From positions 160,001 to 224,000 of the forward strand of contig CALSNU010000001.1 in assembly GCA_943787795.1 (NCBI GenBank): a stretch of 64,000 nucleotides of DNA, given 5' to 3'. The notes beneath the pieces were generated by a model. It was not told the origin of the DNA. It did not search any database and worked only from the letters and a program-made list of their open reading frames with translations. Made by a program: the position numbers and the translations under genes. This DNA is from an uncultured bacterium. Lineage in GTDB: Bacteria > Planctomycetota > UBA1135 > GCA-002686595. This document shows positions 63,760 through 64,000 of this stretch, piece after piece. Within the stretch, counting starts at the first letter, position 1. Every line of letters begins with the position of its first letter.

Positions 63760-64000
63760 ATGGGGGCACCCCTCGATCCCGACGGCCTCCTCTGGCTCGA
63801 CGACGCGCTCGGCCGGGCGCGGGCGTCGCTGCTCGATCGCCGCGGAGACGCCGGCCATTGGAGGGGGGAGCTCTCCTCCAGCGCGCTCTCCACCTCCACG
63901 GCGGTGGCGGCCCTGGCGGGCGCGGCCGGCGCCCTCCCCGTCGGGTCTCCCGAGCGCGCCGACCTCCAGGGGCTCGCCGAGCGCGGACGGGCATGGCTCG
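63760..64000 (+). CDS. Squalene-hopene cyclase-like / prenyltransferase protein, 5' part (runs off window end)
   Basis: ATG 63760 reads MGAPLDPDGLLWLDDALGRARASLLDRRGDAGHWRGELSSSALSTSTAVAAL...RGRAWL, an SHC-type N-terminus; absent from the ORF track. Confidence 0.75.
   Translation, partial: MGAPLDPDGLLWLDDALGRARASLLDRRGDAGHWRGELSSSALSTSTAVAALAGAAGALPVGSPERADLQGLAERGRAWL

Overview
A GC-rich bacterial window, probably from a planctomycete of the OM190/'Saltatorellus'-like group. That placement is inferred from three secreted proteins sharing a C-terminal 'YCSPA..NS.G...NLCLGG...PGETW.FQ.W.RD...F' domain. Housekeeping and envelope genes include an S9 peptidase, TRAP dctQM, tamB-tamA, a solute:sodium symporter with its small partner, two BNR/VPS10 propeller proteins, a fasciclin, a fused E1 dehydrogenase plus acyltransferase, SahR/SamR-metH, hemH, nagA and an RRM protein. 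Four things stand out. (1) A secreted thioredoxin/TlpA-fold selenoprotein (UxxC, in-frame TGA plus a SECIS-like hairpin) that the ORF track splits in two. (2) A co-oriented, largely translationally coupled cluster at 52958-64000: halogenase-like flavoprotein, GcvH-like carrier, CobW GTPase, small Cys protein, ferredoxin, radical SAM enzyme, DUF116-polyprenyl synthase fusion, prenyltransferase-repeat protein and a squalene-hopene-cyclase-like protein. It looks like an uncharacterised pathway for a modified isoprenoid. (3) A highly structured ~180-nt intergenic element that resembles an IS110 non-coding end (bridge-RNA-like), with no transposase beside it. (4) Two homopolymer +1 frameshifts and several drifting intergenic tandem repeats. 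No rRNA, tRNA or CRISPR array was found.
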